Assembly (NCBI GenBank): GCA_021826685.1
Contig: JAKAYT010000002.1
Coordinates: 27,123 to 91,122, forward strand
Source: Thermoplasmata archaeon
Lineage (GTDB): Archaea > Thermoplasmatota > Thermoplasmata > Lutacidiplasmatales > UBA184
Direction: 5' to 3'
Length of the DNA stretch: 64,000 bases
Under the pieces are notes generated by a model. That model saw nothing but the letters and a program-made list of their open reading frames with translations. It did no database searches and was not told the origin of the DNA. Below, piece after piece: positions 1-9,399 of the stretch (its first letter is position 1; each line of letters begins with the position of its first letter). Position numbers and translations under genes: made by a program.

Positions 1-642
1 GATCCGAACTGCAGCGCGGCCGGTCTTGTCGTCGCGCTCCGCCCGGTCTGGGACCTCCTGCGCCCTCGGGCGGTTCACGTCACGACCTACCAGGCGCTGA
101 GCGGCGCGGGCCTACCGGGCGTCGCCTCGCTCTCGATCACCGATAACGTGGTCCCCTTCATCGCGCGAGAGGAGGAGAAGGTTGCCCAAGAGTCCCAGCG
201 GATGCTCGGCTCCATCTCCGGAGCGTCGATCGCGCCCAGCTCGATCCCGTTCATCGTCCAATGCGCGCGGGTAGCGGTCCGCGACGGTCACCTCGAAGCG
301 ATCACGATCGACGCCCGTCGGCGACCTGCGCTCTCCTCGATCGCGAAGGCCTTTCGGACCTTCGATCCGCTGGTAGGGCACGATCTCCCCAGCGCGCCGC
401 ATCCGGCCGTGATCCTTCGGACCGAGCCGGATCGGCCCCAGCCACTACGCGACCGCTGGGCCGGTGCTCCCGAGCGCGCGCGCGGCATGGCCGTGAGCGT
501 CGGACGGATCCGATGGGAGGCGCCCTTCCTCCGTTTCTTCGCCTTATCGCACAACGCGATCCGGGGCGGCGCCGGAGGCTCGGTCTTGAACGCCGAACTC
601 GCGGCCGAGCGCGGGTATGTAGGACGGGGGCGAGCGAAGTGA
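1..642 (+). CDS. asd: aspartate-semialdehyde dehydrogenase, C-terminal fragment (5' end outside window)
   Basis: Frame-1 translation from nt 1 reads DPNCSAAGLVVALRPVWD..TYQALSGAG..NVVPFIAREEEK..VQCARVAVRDGHLEAITID. These are the active-site Cys and C-terminal domain motifs of Asd. Stop TGA at 640-642 overlaps the next start. Confidence 0.8.
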   Translation, partial: DPNCSAAGLVVALRPVWDLLRPRAVHVTTYQALSGAGLPGVASLSITDNVVPFIAREEEKVAQESQRMLGSISGASIAPSSIPFIVQCARVAVRDGHLEAITIDARRRPALSSIAKAFRTFDPLVGHDLPSAPHPAVILRTEPDRPQPLRDRWAGAPERARGMAVSVGRIRWEAPFLRFFALSHNAIRGGAGGSVLNAELAAERGYVGRGRAK

Positions 643-1958
643 AAAGGGCTCTCGCTCCGTACGTCGTGAAGTTCGGAGGCGCCTCGGTCGATGCACCGGC
701 GCGTATCGTCGCCCGCGTCCGGGCGCTGCGGAGTCGCGAACCGGGGGTCGTGGTCGTCGCCTCGGCGCGCGCCGGTGTGACGGACCTTTTGAAGTCGGTC
801 CTCGAGTCTCCCGGCGACCGCGCGGGCCATGTTCGTGCCCTCGCCGCCATCGCCCGGCTGCATCCCGACCTCCCAATCTCGGGCCGGCGGCACTTGGAGC
901 GTCTCGCTCGCCTCGTACGCTCGGTCGAGGAATTGGGGGCCGCCGACCCGGCGCTCGCCGACCGGCTCCTGAGCCAAGGAGAACGGCTCGCGGTCGCCGG
1001 GCTCGCCCAACACCTTACCGAGCATGGGATCCCCGCTACCGCCGTCGAGGCGGATCGACTGGGCCTCCTCACGGACGATCACTACGGCCGGGCGACCGTT
1101 CTCATCGACCGCTCGCGCGCCGCGGTCCGAGTCGGGCTCTTCGGCATCCTCGCCGAGGACCAAGTGCCGGTCGTAACCGGCTACTTCGGCCGGAGCCGGG
1201 AGGGCCACGTGGCGACACTGGGCCGGGGGGGTTCGGACTACTCGGCGACGGTGATCGGCGCGATCCTCGGGGCGCGGCGGGTCGAGCTGATCAAGCGGGA
1301 GGTTTCGGTCCTGAGCGCCGACCCCCGGCTGGTCCCGCACGCACGTCCCATCGCGCGGCTCTCCTACGAAGAAGCCGAGGAGCTCGCACAGTTCGGTGCG
1401 AAAGTGCTTCACCCGTTGACGGTGGAGCCGGCGCGCTTGGCGGGTCTCGAGATCGTCGTTCGATCCCTCGAGGATCCGAGAGTGGCGACGACGATCGGAC
1501 CCTCGCAGGGCCCGGACGGGATGCGGGCGGTCACTCTGCTGTCGCCGTTGCGTCTCGTACGGATCCGGGTCCCGGGGGGACGCCAGCGGCCCGGCATCGT
1601 CGCGGAGGTGAGCGAACGCCTGAGCGAGCACGGGATCAACATCGTGACCCTGTTCACTTCCTCGACCAGCCTGAGCCTCGTCCTCGAACGCGGTCGCGGA
1701 CGCCGCGCGCGCGAGGTCCTCAGGCCCATCTTCCCGGCCGGCCCGGCGAAGCTCGAGGGCCCGCTCCCCGTCTCGCTCGTCACCGCGATCGGTGACGGGG
1801 TGCTGGACGACCTCAGCAAGATACCGGCTCCGATCCTCGCGCGAGCCGAGGGCCTGAGCGCCACTCCGCGATCGATCTCGATGGCCGTCCCGATCTCCCG
1901 GGGCGGTGCCGTCGTTCGAGCGTTTCACCGAGCGCTCGTGGAGCCATCCTCCCGATGA
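639..1958 (+). CDS. aspartate kinase (amino-acid kinase fold plus C-terminal ACT domains)
   Basis: GTG at 639 is in frame with ORF 261..1958. N-terminus reads VKRALAPYVVKFGGASV, then ..VVVASARAGVTDLL. The start upstream of 639 in the ORF track is Arg-rich junk. Overlaps asd (GTGA) and trpE (ATGA). Confidence 0.8.
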   Translation: MKRALAPYVVKFGGASVDAPARIVARVRALRSREPGVVVVASARAGVTDLLKSVLESPGDRAGHVRALAAIARLHPDLPISGRRHLERLARLVRSVEELGAADPALADRLLSQGERLAVAGLAQHLTEHGIPATAVEADRLGLLTDDHYGRATVLIDRSRAAVRVGLFGILAEDQVPVVTGYFGRSREGHVATLGRGGSDYSATVIGAILGARRVELIKREVSVLSADPRLVPHARPIARLSYEEAEELAQFGAKVLHPLTVEPARLAGLEIVVRSLEDPRVATTIGPSQGPDGMRAVTLLSPLRLVRIRVPGGRQRPGIVAEVSERLSEHGINIVTLFTSSTSLSLVLERGRGRRAREVLRPIFPAGPAKLEGPLPVSLVTAIGDGVLDDLSKIPAPILARAEGLSATPRSISMAVPISRGGAVVRAFHRALVEPSSR

Positions 1959-3160
1959 CCGACGCCTGGGAGGAGTTCTGCCGGAAAGCGGGCGATCGAT
2001 CCGTGGTCGGATACGTGGAACGCGGCGATGCGCCGGGCGCGCCCGGCCGCTGGGCCGCGTCGTTCGTCGATGCGTCGGACCGATTTCGGCTGTCGCCGGG
2101 CGATACGGTGGAAGAGCTCGAGGCCCGGACCCGTCGGTCCCTGCGGGGTGATCCCCATCGCGCGCTCCTCGGGTATGCCGGCTTCGACGCGGTGTCCTTA
2201 TGGGAGCCTTTGCTGCGCGCGGTTCCGTCCGGCGCGCCGTTCCCGCTCGGCGAATTCGCCGTCGTCGACCGGTTGCGCTGGCGCCGAACGGGGCTCCCTC
2301 GGCAGCCGGCGCGGCTTTGGCGGTCGTCGTCGGGCGAGCCCGTTACGCCCCGAGCGGAGACCTTGCCTTCCCGCGCCTACCAACGATCGGTGCGGCGTCT
2401 GCACCGCGCGATCGGCGACGGGGATGCCTTCCAGGTCGTCCTCGCGACGCGGCGACGCTTCGGCCGGCCGGACGATCTGCTCGAGCGGGTCGGACGACTG
2501 CGGGCCCGGGAGCGATTCGCCTACTTCTACTACCTTCGCTTCGATGACCGGGAGATCGTCGGCGCTAGCCCGGAGTCCGTGGTCGAGCTCCGCCCCCCGA
2601 TCGCGACCGTCCACCCGATCGCCGGCACGCTCCCCCGGGCCCAACGCCCCGGTCGACGCGCGCTCTCCCGGGACCCCAAGGAGCTGGCCGAGCACCGGAT
2701 GCTCGTCGATCTCGCCCGCAACGACCTCGGACGGATCTCGGAGCCGGGGTCGGTGCGGGTCGCATGGCGCGAGCGCGGCTATCGCTTCGCACGCCTCCAG
2801 CACCTGGTCAGCCGGGTCGACGGCCGCGTCGTGCGCGGCACCGGACCCTGGGCAGCCCTTGCCGCGACGTTCCCGGCGGGAACGGTCAGCGGCGCGCCGA
2901 AGATCCGGGCAACGCAGCTGATCCGCCGGGAGGAAGCGACCTGGAGGGGCCCCTACGCGGGGACCGTCGGCCTGCTCACCGGCGACGGGGACGCCGCTTG
3001 GGCCCTTGCGATCCGCACGGCATTTACGGCCGGATCCGATCTCTACACCGCCGCCGGCGCGGGGATCGTCTGGGATTCCCAACCCGAGCGCGAGTACGAC
3101 GAGGTCCGGGTAAAGCTCGGCATGGTCGAGGCATCATTGGTCGGCCGGAGGGAGCGATGA
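1955..3160 (+). CDS. trpE: anthranilate synthase component I
   Basis: Chorismate-binding motifs: VVELRPPIATVHPIAGTLPR, LAEHRMLVDLARNDLGRI, GTVSGAPKIRA, PYAGTVGLL. Confidence 0.9.
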   Translation: MTDAWEEFCRKAGDRSVVGYVERGDAPGAPGRWAASFVDASDRFRLSPGDTVEELEARTRRSLRGDPHRALLGYAGFDAVSLWEPLLRAVPSGAPFPLGEFAVVDRLRWRRTGLPRQPARLWRSSSGEPVTPRAETLPSRAYQRSVRRLHRAIGDGDAFQVVLATRRRFGRPDDLLERVGRLRARERFAYFYYLRFDDREIVGASPESVVELRPPIATVHPIAGTLPRAQRPGRRALSRDPKELAEHRMLVDLARNDLGRISEPGSVRVAWRERGYRFARLQHLVSRVDGRVVRGTGPWAALAATFPAGTVSGAPKIRATQLIRREEATWRGPYAGTVGLLTGDGDAAWALAIRTAFTAGSDLYTAAGAGIVWDSQPEREYDEVRVKLGMVEASLVGRRER

Positions 3161-3735
3161 AGGTGGTTCTCGTGGACCACGAGGACTCGTTCGTCTACAA
3201 TCTCGCCCAGGCCCTGGAGGCCCAGGGCGTCGACGTCCACACGGTCCGTTACACGGTCCCGTTCCGCGAGGTGGAGCGACGCGACGCCGATGGGTTCGTC
3301 CTCTCTCCGGGTCCGGGACATCCGCGGGATCAACGGGTCACCGGCCTCGCGCGAAAGATCCTGTCCACGTGGGGCGGCGAGCGGCCGGTCCTCGGGGTCT
3401 GCCTGGGCCACCAGATCATCGGAGACGTCTACGGGGGGCGGGTGATCCACGGCACCCCCGTGCACGGCCGGACCGCGCCGGTGTTCCACGAGCGGGACCC
3501 GCTCTACGAAGGCGTCCCCAACCCGTTCGCGGCGGCCCGATACCACTCGTTGGTCGTCGACCGACGCTCCCTCCCTTCGGATCTCGTTCGAACGGCCTCG
3601 ACGCGGGACGGAACGGTGATGGGCCTGCGTCACCGCCACCGACCGGTGAGCGGGGTCCAGTTCCACCCCGAGTCCTTCCTTACCCAAGGGGGATCCACCT
3701 TGCTGGCGAACTTCCTCAAGGAGGTCCGCGGATGA
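3157..3735 (+). CDS. trpG: anthranilate synthase component II (class I glutamine amidotransferase)
   Basis: MKVVLVDHEDSFVYNL..GVCLGHQIIG..YHSL..VQFHPES gives the GATase Cys-His-Glu triad context. ATG at 3157 overlaps the trpE stop (ATGA). Confidence 0.9.
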   Translation: MKVVLVDHEDSFVYNLAQALEAQGVDVHTVRYTVPFREVERRDADGFVLSPGPGHPRDQRVTGLARKILSTWGGERPVLGVCLGHQIIGDVYGGRVIHGTPVHGRTAPVFHERDPLYEGVPNPFAAARYHSLVVDRRSLPSDLVRTASTRDGTVMGLRHRHRPVSGVQFHPESFLTQGGSTLLANFLKEVRG

Positions 3736-4781
3736 GCACGGAGCTTCTCGCACGCGTCGTCCGGGGCGAGCAACTGTCTCGCTCCGACGTGCTCCAAATC
3801 CTCGACGTTCTATGCGATCCGGCGGAGCCGGACCCTCGCAAGGCCGCGCTTCTCGCGGCGTGGGCGGCCAAGGGGGAGACCACCGAAGAGCTCGCGTCGT
3901 TCGCGATCGCGCTGCGCGAGAGAGCGGTTCCCTTCCCCGGACCTCGCGCGCATCGTGCCGTCGACCTCTGCGGCTCGGGAGGGGCGCCTCGGCCGTCGTT
4001 CAACGTCGGCACGGTGAGCACGTTCGTGATCCGGGCAGCGGGAGTCCCGGTGGCGAAACATGGGAACCGGAGCCTGCGGGGGAAAGCGGGGGGATGGGCG
4101 GGTTCCAGCGACCTCGTGGAGGCGTTGGGCCTTCCCGCGCTCGAGTCCCGTGCATTCGCGCGGGCCGCGTTCGACCGAGAGCGGATCACGTTCCTTCATG
4201 CGCCGCTCTATCACGCGGGGACCCGGGCCGTCGCGTCCGTTCGCGCGCAGCTCGGCATCCGCACGATCTTCAACCTGATCGGACCGCTCACCAACCCTGC
4301 GTCCGTCCCGTTCCAGGTGGTGGGATGCCCGGACCTTCCGACCGCCGCCCGCATCGCACCGGTCCTCGCCCGGATGGGCGTACGGCGCGGCCTCACCGTC
4401 GCCTCCCGGGACGGGACGGATGAGTTCTCGTCCCGGGCGATGTCCTTCACCTACCCAGTGGGGAAAGGATCGGCGCGTCGTAGGAGCGTCGACCCGCGCC
4501 AATGGTTGCGCCCCGAGGATCGCCGAGGCTCGCTGGACGCGTTGCCCTCGGCCGCGGCGGCCCAGGAGACCGAACGGATCCTCGCCGGAGGCACCGGCGC
4601 CCGTCGCGGCAGCGTGCTCCTCACGAGCGGGGCGGCCCTGTGGGTGCGAGGGGACGCGCCCAGCCTGCGCGCGGGTATCGACCGCGCGCAGGAGGCCCTC
4701 GATTCCGGCGCCGCCGAGGAAGTGCTCGCTCGGCTGCGCGACCTTGCGGCCTCGAGGTCGTGGCCGAAGGAGGGACCGTGA
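3732..4781 (+). CDS. trpD: anthranilate phosphoribosyltransferase
   Basis: DLCGSGGAPRPSFNVGTVSTFV..KHGNRS..IFNLIGPLTNPA. ATG at 3732 overlaps the trpG stop. Confidence 0.9.
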   Translation: MSTELLARVVRGEQLSRSDVLQILDVLCDPAEPDPRKAALLAAWAAKGETTEELASFAIALRERAVPFPGPRAHRAVDLCGSGGAPRPSFNVGTVSTFVIRAAGVPVAKHGNRSLRGKAGGWAGSSDLVEALGLPALESRAFARAAFDRERITFLHAPLYHAGTRAVASVRAQLGIRTIFNLIGPLTNPASVPFQVVGCPDLPTAARIAPVLARMGVRRGLTVASRDGTDEFSSRAMSFTYPVGKGSARRRSVDPRQWLRPEDRRGSLDALPSAAAAQETERILAGGTGARRGSVLLTSGAALWVRGDAPSLRAGIDRAQEALDSGAAEEVLARLRDLAASRSWPKEGP

Positions 4782-5581
4782 CGTTCCTGGCTTCGATCCT
4801 CGATGCGGTGCGAGCGGAAGTGCGTTCTCCGACGTACCTTCGCGGCCTGCCCGAACGCGCGGTGTTTCCCCCGGCGTCGTTGAGAGAACGGCTCGCCAGC
4901 GCTCCGTACCGCTGGGCGGTGATGGTGGAGTACAAGCGTCGGTCTCCCGGCGCGCGCGCTCCGAACCTCCCGGAGCGAACGGTCGACGAGTTCGCCCGAC
5001 TCGCCTCCCGAGGCGGTGCCGCGGCCCTCTCGTGCCTCGCGACCCGCCCGGGGTTCGACGGATCGGTCCTCGACGTCCACGCCCTGGTCCGATCGACCCG
5101 TCTGCCGGTGCTGTTCAAGGACTTCGTGATCGACGAGCGCCAGATCGAGGCCGCATCGCGCGCGGGGGCGAGCGCGGTGCTCCTCATCGCGCGTCTCGAG
5201 ACGGAAGAACGGCTCGATCGGCCGCTCGCGGAGCTCGCCGATGCCGCCCATCGCTCCGGGCTCGAAGTCCTCCTCGAGTTCCATGCCCCGGAAGAGCTCA
5301 AGGTGGCCGGTCGCGTGGACGCCGACATGTACGGAGTGAACCTGCGCGATCTCGACGGGCTCGGCTTCGAGCCGGAGGTCGTGGCTCGGACCGTACGGGA
5401 GGCCCCGCGAGGCCGGCCCCTGCTGGGCCTCAGCGGTGTAGAGCGGGCTAGCGACGCGCGGGCCTGGCGAGCGCGCGGGGTGGATGGAATCCTCGTGGGG
5501 AGCGGCTTTGCGCGGGCGGAGGATCCGGCCGCGTTCCTGCGCGAGGTCGTTCGAGTCGGCGAGGATACCGAATCTGTATGA
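4778..5581 (+). CDS. trpC: indole-3-glycerol-phosphate synthase
   Basis: GTG at 4778 (GTGA overlap with the trpD stop), in frame with ORF 4502..5581. Motifs AVMVEYKRRSP, LFKDFVIDERQI, GVNLRDL. The ORF-track N-terminal extension is Arg/Pro-rich junk. Confidence 0.85.
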   Translation: MTFLASILDAVRAEVRSPTYLRGLPERAVFPPASLRERLASAPYRWAVMVEYKRRSPGARAPNLPERTVDEFARLASRGGAAALSCLATRPGFDGSVLDVHALVRSTRLPVLFKDFVIDERQIEAASRAGASAVLLIARLETEERLDRPLAELADAAHRSGLEVLLEFHAPEELKVAGRVDADMYGVNLRDLDGLGFEPEVVARTVREAPRGRPLLGLSGVERASDARAWRARGVDGILVGSGFARAEDPAAFLREVVRVGEDTESV

Positions 5582-6231
5582 GGAAGACCTTCGTCAAATT
5601 CTGCGGCATCACGGACCCGACCACGCTCCCCCATGCGCCGCCGGGCGGCGCCGTCGGATTCGTGGTCGACGTTCCCTCGTCTCCGCGGAGCGTCAGTTAC
5701 GAGCGCGCGCAGGCGCTGGCGGAGGACGTGCCGTCCGAGACCGAGGTGTGGGCCGTGGTCGTCCGCCCGTCGGCGGAGAGCATCCACCGCCTGTTCGATG
5801 AGGTCGGCGTGGACTGGATCCAGGTCCACGGAAGCATACCCGAGGGCCTCGACCCCATCGAACGGCATCGCCTCGTCCCGTCGATGGCGATCCCGCCCGG
5901 AGGATCGGAGGTGCCACCGCCTCCCCTGCCCGCGGACACCGAGATCCGACGCCTGCACCTCGATGTGGCGGGCGCCTCGTCTCCCGGGGGAACCGGGCAG
6001 GTCCCGAGCTGGTCGGCCTGCGCCTCGGTCGTCGAGCGGATGGCCGGCTGCAAAGTCCTGCTGGGCGGAGGACTGAACGCGGACAACGTGGCGGAGGCTC
6101 TCTCCACCGTCCGCCCGTGGGGCGTCGATGTCTCGTCGGGGATCGAGTCGGCTCCGGGGGTCAAGGACCCCGAGCGGATGCGTCGCTTTCTGGAAGCCGT
6201 GGACGGCTGGGAGTCCTCGAGCCATGCCTAG
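5578..6231 (+). CDS. trpF: phosphoribosylanthranilate isomerase
   Basis: [33 protein letters not shown] overlap with trpC. Confidence 0.85.
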   Translation: MRKTFVKFCGITDPTTLPHAPPGGAVGFVVDVPSSPRSVSYERAQALAEDVPSETEVWAVVVRPSAESIHRLFDEVGVDWIQVHGSIPEGLDPIERHRLVPSMAIPPGGSEVPPPPLPADTEIRRLHLDVAGASSPGGTGQVPSWSACASVVERMAGCKVLLGGGLNADNVAEALSTVRPWGVDVSSGIESAPGVKDPERMRRFLEAVDGWESSSHA

Positions 6232-7387
6232 CCGCTACGGCCCCTACGGCGGCGCCTTCGTTCCCGAGACGTTGGTCCCGGCGCTCGAAGAGCTGGAACG
6301 GACCTGGAAGGCGGCCCGGAGGGACGCAGGGTTCCGTCGCGAGCTCTCTCGCTACTCCCGGTCCCTCGGGGGCCGGCCGACGCCGCTCTACTTCGCCGAG
6401 CGCCTGAGCCGAAGGGCCGGAGGCGCCCAGATCTGGCTGAAACGCGAGGACCTCGTCCACGGCGGAGCGCACAAGTTCAACAACGCGCTCGGCCAGGGAC
6501 TGCTCGCGCGCCGCATGGGCAAGCCCCGGCTGATCGCGGAGACCGGCGCGGGCCAGCACGGCGTCGCGACCGCAATGATCGGCGCCGCGCTGGGTCTGAG
6601 GACGGAGATCTACATGGGCGAGGTCGATATGGAGCGCCAGCGACCGAACGTCCTGCGGATGCAATTGCTCGGCGCCGAAGTGCACCCGGTGACGAGCGGC
6701 CAGCGAACCCTCAAGGACGCCATCAACGCGGCGTTGCGCGATTGGATCGCCAACGTCCGCACTACGCACTACCTGCTCGGCAGCGCGGTCGGCCCCCACC
6801 CGTTCCCGGCGATCGTCGCCGACTTTCAGAGCGTGATCGGCCGGGAGATCGCCCGCGCGGCGACCCGCCTGTGGGGTCGCCCGCCGGACCTGGCGGTCGC
6901 CTGCGTCGGGGGCGGCTCGAATGCGATCGGCACGTTCCATCCGCTCTTGCGGACCCGAACCGAGCTGCTCGGTGTCGAAGCCGGCGGACCCCGGGGCCAC
7001 CCGACCGGCGCGGCATCCCTCGCGAGGGGCCGACCCGGCATCCTCCACGGTACCTACTCCTACGTGCTCCAGGACCGGGACGGAGAGATCCGCGACACCG
7101 CGAGCATCTCGGCGGGCCTCGACTATGCCGGCGTCGGCCCGGAGCACGCCTTCCTCAAAGACTCCGGACGCGCCCGCTACGTCGCGGTCCACGACGAGGA
7201 CGCGCTGCGCGCGTTCCGTTGGCTGTGCGAGGACGAGGGGATCATCCCGGCGCTCGAGCCCTCGCACGCGATCTTCGCCGCCGTCCGGGAAGCGCGCCGG
7301 CGTCCGACGTCGCACCATATCGTCGTGACCCTCTCCGGGCGCGGCGACAAGGACCTCGAGGTGGTCGGTCGTGCGATCGGGGCCTGA
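6224..7387 (+). CDS. trpB: tryptophan synthase beta chain
   Basis: [53 protein letters not shown] at 6224 lies within ORF 6128..7387 and overlaps the trpF end by 8 nt. Confidence 0.9.
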   Translation: MPSRYGPYGGAFVPETLVPALEELERTWKAARRDAGFRRELSRYSRSLGGRPTPLYFAERLSRRAGGAQIWLKREDLVHGGAHKFNNALGQGLLARRMGKPRLIAETGAGQHGVATAMIGAALGLRTEIYMGEVDMERQRPNVLRMQLLGAEVHPVTSGQRTLKDAINAALRDWIANVRTTHYLLGSAVGPHPFPAIVADFQSVIGREIARAATRLWGRPPDLAVACVGGGSNAIGTFHPLLRTRTELLGVEAGGPRGHPTGAASLARGRPGILHGTYSYVLQDRDGEIRDTASISAGLDYAGVGPEHAFLKDSGRARYVAVHDEDALRAFRWLCEDEGIIPALEPSHAIFAAVREARRRPTSHHIVVTLSGRGDKDLEVVGRAIGA

Positions 7388-8159
7388 TCCGGCTCTCGGA
7401 CGCCGGCGACGCGCGCTGGTGGCCTACTACATGGTCGATCGCGCTCGGAACGGTCGATACACGTCGCTGGCGATCGCGGCACGCGACGCAGGTGCGACCC
7501 GTCTCGAGCTGGGCTTTCCGTTCTCGGATCCGATCGCCGACGGCCCCATCCTCCAGGAGGCGGCGGACCGCGCGCTGCGCCATGGGACCCACTGGGACGA
7601 CCTACGGTCGGCCATCCGCGAGACCTCCAAGGTCCTCCCGACGATCGTGATGAGCTACGCGAACCCCTTGTGGACGCGCGGTCTCGCCCGCTCGCTCGCG
7701 AACCTTCGGGAAGCGGGAGCCGCGGGGCTCATCGTGCCGGATCTCTCGCTGGAGGAGTCGCCGCCGTGGCGCCGGGCCGCCCGACGCGCCGGCCTCGACC
7801 TCACCCTGCTCGCCGCCCCGGGCTCGCCGCTCGCCCGGATCGATGCGCTCGCCCGTGCGAGTCGCGGTTTCCTCTACCTCGTCTCGCGCTACGGAACGAC
7901 CGGCGGCGGAGAGATCTCCCGGTCCGCGGATCTGGTCCCATTGGTCCGATCGGCCCATGCGGCGGCTCCCGAGCTCCCCGTCTACGTAGGGTTCGGGATC
8001 CGCGATCGCCGGACGGCCCGGCGCGCGATGGCGAGCGGGGCGGACGGCGTCATCGTCGCGAGCGCGCTCGAGTCGGCGCTCGCCCGCCGTCCTTCGATGG
8101 CGACCGTCCCGCGCGTGCTAAGACCCATCGCTTCGGCCGTGGGCACCGGCGGGGCCTGA
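7371..8159 (+). CDS. trpA: tryptophan synthase alpha chain
   Basis: [26 protein letters not shown] start overlaps the trpB end. Confidence 0.85.
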   Translation: MRSGPDPALGRRRRALVAYYMVDRARNGRYTSLAIAARDAGATRLELGFPFSDPIADGPILQEAADRALRHGTHWDDLRSAIRETSKVLPTIVMSYANPLWTRGLARSLANLREAGAAGLIVPDLSLEESPPWRRAARRAGLDLTLLAAPGSPLARIDALARASRGFLYLVSRYGTTGGGEISRSADLVPLVRSAHAAAPELPVYVGFGIRDRRTARRAMASGADGVIVASALESALARRPSMATVPRVLRPIASAVGTGGA

Positions 8160-8169
8160 GGGGGCGCGG

Positions 8170-8186
8170 CCCGTTATATCAACGGG
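8170..8186 (+). promoter_or_regulatory. TATA-like box (TTATAT 8174-8179) embedded in perfect inverted repeat CCCGTT-ATATC-AACGGG. Candidate promoter/operator for the next gene, or a hairpin ending the trp operon.
   Basis: Read directly. The TATA centre is about 26 bp upstream of ATG 8203. Confidence 0.4.
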
Positions 8187-8202
8187 CGGTCTCGTGCGGG
8201 AG

Positions 8203-9399
8203 ATGCCGTCCCGGCGGGAGCCGCCGTTGGGGGCCGCGCGACGTCTGCTGCCTCGCATGCGAGCATGGCGCGAGGCGTTCCATCGCGAGCCCGAACTATC
8301 GTACCACGAGAAGGCGACGCGGGAGAAGGTCACCGCCGCGCTCGACGAGCTGGGGATCCCGTACCGCACGTACTCCGGATTCTATGGGGTACTGGCCCTC
8401 CTCGGGGAAGGGCGGCCCGGCCCGGTGGTCGCGTTGCGCGCGGACATGGACGCCCTGCCGGTCACGGAGGCAACGGGGCTCCCCTACCGTTCTCGGATCG
8501 AGGGAAGGATGCACGCCTGCGGCCACGACGTGCACATGGCGGCGCTGCTCGGGGCCGGGGCGATCCTCGCGGAGCGGCGACGCTCGCTCGCCGGGCCGGT
8601 GAAGCTGATCTTCCAGCCCGCCGAGGAAGACGGCCGGGAGGGGGGAGCTCTGCCGTTCCTGAGACGGGGTTGCCTCCGGGACCCGAAGGTCGATCATATC
8701 GTGGGCCAGCACGTCGATCCCGCGGTCCCGGCCGGCATGGTCGGCCTGAAACCGGGGGCCTGCATGGCCGCGGCCGACACGGTCCGCATCGTCGTCCACG
8801 GTCACGGGGGTCACGCCTCGTCTCCGCACCAGGGACCCGATGCCGTGTTGATCGCGGCCGAGATCGTCCAGGGCCTCCAAGCGCTCGTCAGCCGGGTACG
8901 GAACCCGGTCGATCCCGTCGTCGTGAGCGTCGGCTCGATCCATGGCGGTACGCGCCACAATATCCTACCGGAAGAAGTGACGCTCGAGGGGACGGTGCGC
9001 ACGCTCCGCCCCGCGACGCGCGACCTGATGGAACGCGCGCTGCACCGGCGCGTTCGCGCGATCGCCGAGAGCCTGGGCGCCCGCGCGTCCATCTCGTACG
9101 AGCGGGGGTATCCCACGCTGTGGAACCCGCCCGCCGAAACGCTCCGGATCGAGCAAGGGCTCATCGCGGCCCTGGGACAAGCCAGGGTCCGAGAGCTCGA
9201 GTTCCCCATCATGGGCGCCGAGGATTTCGCGCGGTACCTCGAGCGGGTTCCGGGAACCTTCATGCGGCTCGGGGCGGCGACGCGAGGCACGGCCGCCTCG
9301 CTGCACAGCGCGTCGTTCGCCCCGCCCGAGGAGTCGCTGCAGGTCGGAGCGGCCGCGTTGGTCGCGGCCACCGATGTGCTGCAGCGGTCGAGGGCATGA
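8203..9399 (+). CDS. M20D-family amidohydrolase (amino-acid amidohydrolase / hippuricase / IAA-amino-acid hydrolase family)
   Basis: PELSYHEKAT..MHACGHDVHMAALLGA..GHGGHASSPHQG..PIMGAEDFA are the M20 metal-binding motifs. The start is placed at ATG 8203 (leaderless relative to the TATA box). Alternatives are GTG 8194 or ATG 8257. Confidence 0.8.
   Translation: MPSRREPPLGAARRLLPRMRAWREAFHREPELSYHEKATREKVTAALDELGIPYRTYSGFYGVLALLGEGRPGPVVALRADMDALPVTEATGLPYRSRIEGRMHACGHDVHMAALLGAGAILAERRRSLAGPVKLIFQPAEEDGREGGALPFLRRGCLRDPKVDHIVGQHVDPAVPAGMVGLKPGACMAAADTVRIVVHGHGGHASSPHQGPDAVLIAAEIVQGLQALVSRVRNPVDPVVVSVGSIHGGTRHNILPEEVTLEGTVRTLRPATRDLMERALHRRVRAIAESLGARASISYERGYPTLWNPPAETLRIEQGLIAALGQARVRELEFPIMGAEDFARYLERVPGTFMRLGAATRGTAASLHSASFAPPEESLQVGAAALVAATDVLQRSRA

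Noticed and set aside
288-1928. Long antisense or alternative-frame ORFs throughout the track (for example 288..1928-, 4621..6225-, 8265..9395+, 30340..30885+, 36502..36771+, 43184..44029+, 45572..48034-, 57734..59596-).
   Set aside because: Their translations are Arg/Gly/Pro/Ala-dominated with no motifs, and they overlap well-supported genes. They are typical stop-codon-poor frames of ~70% GC DNA.
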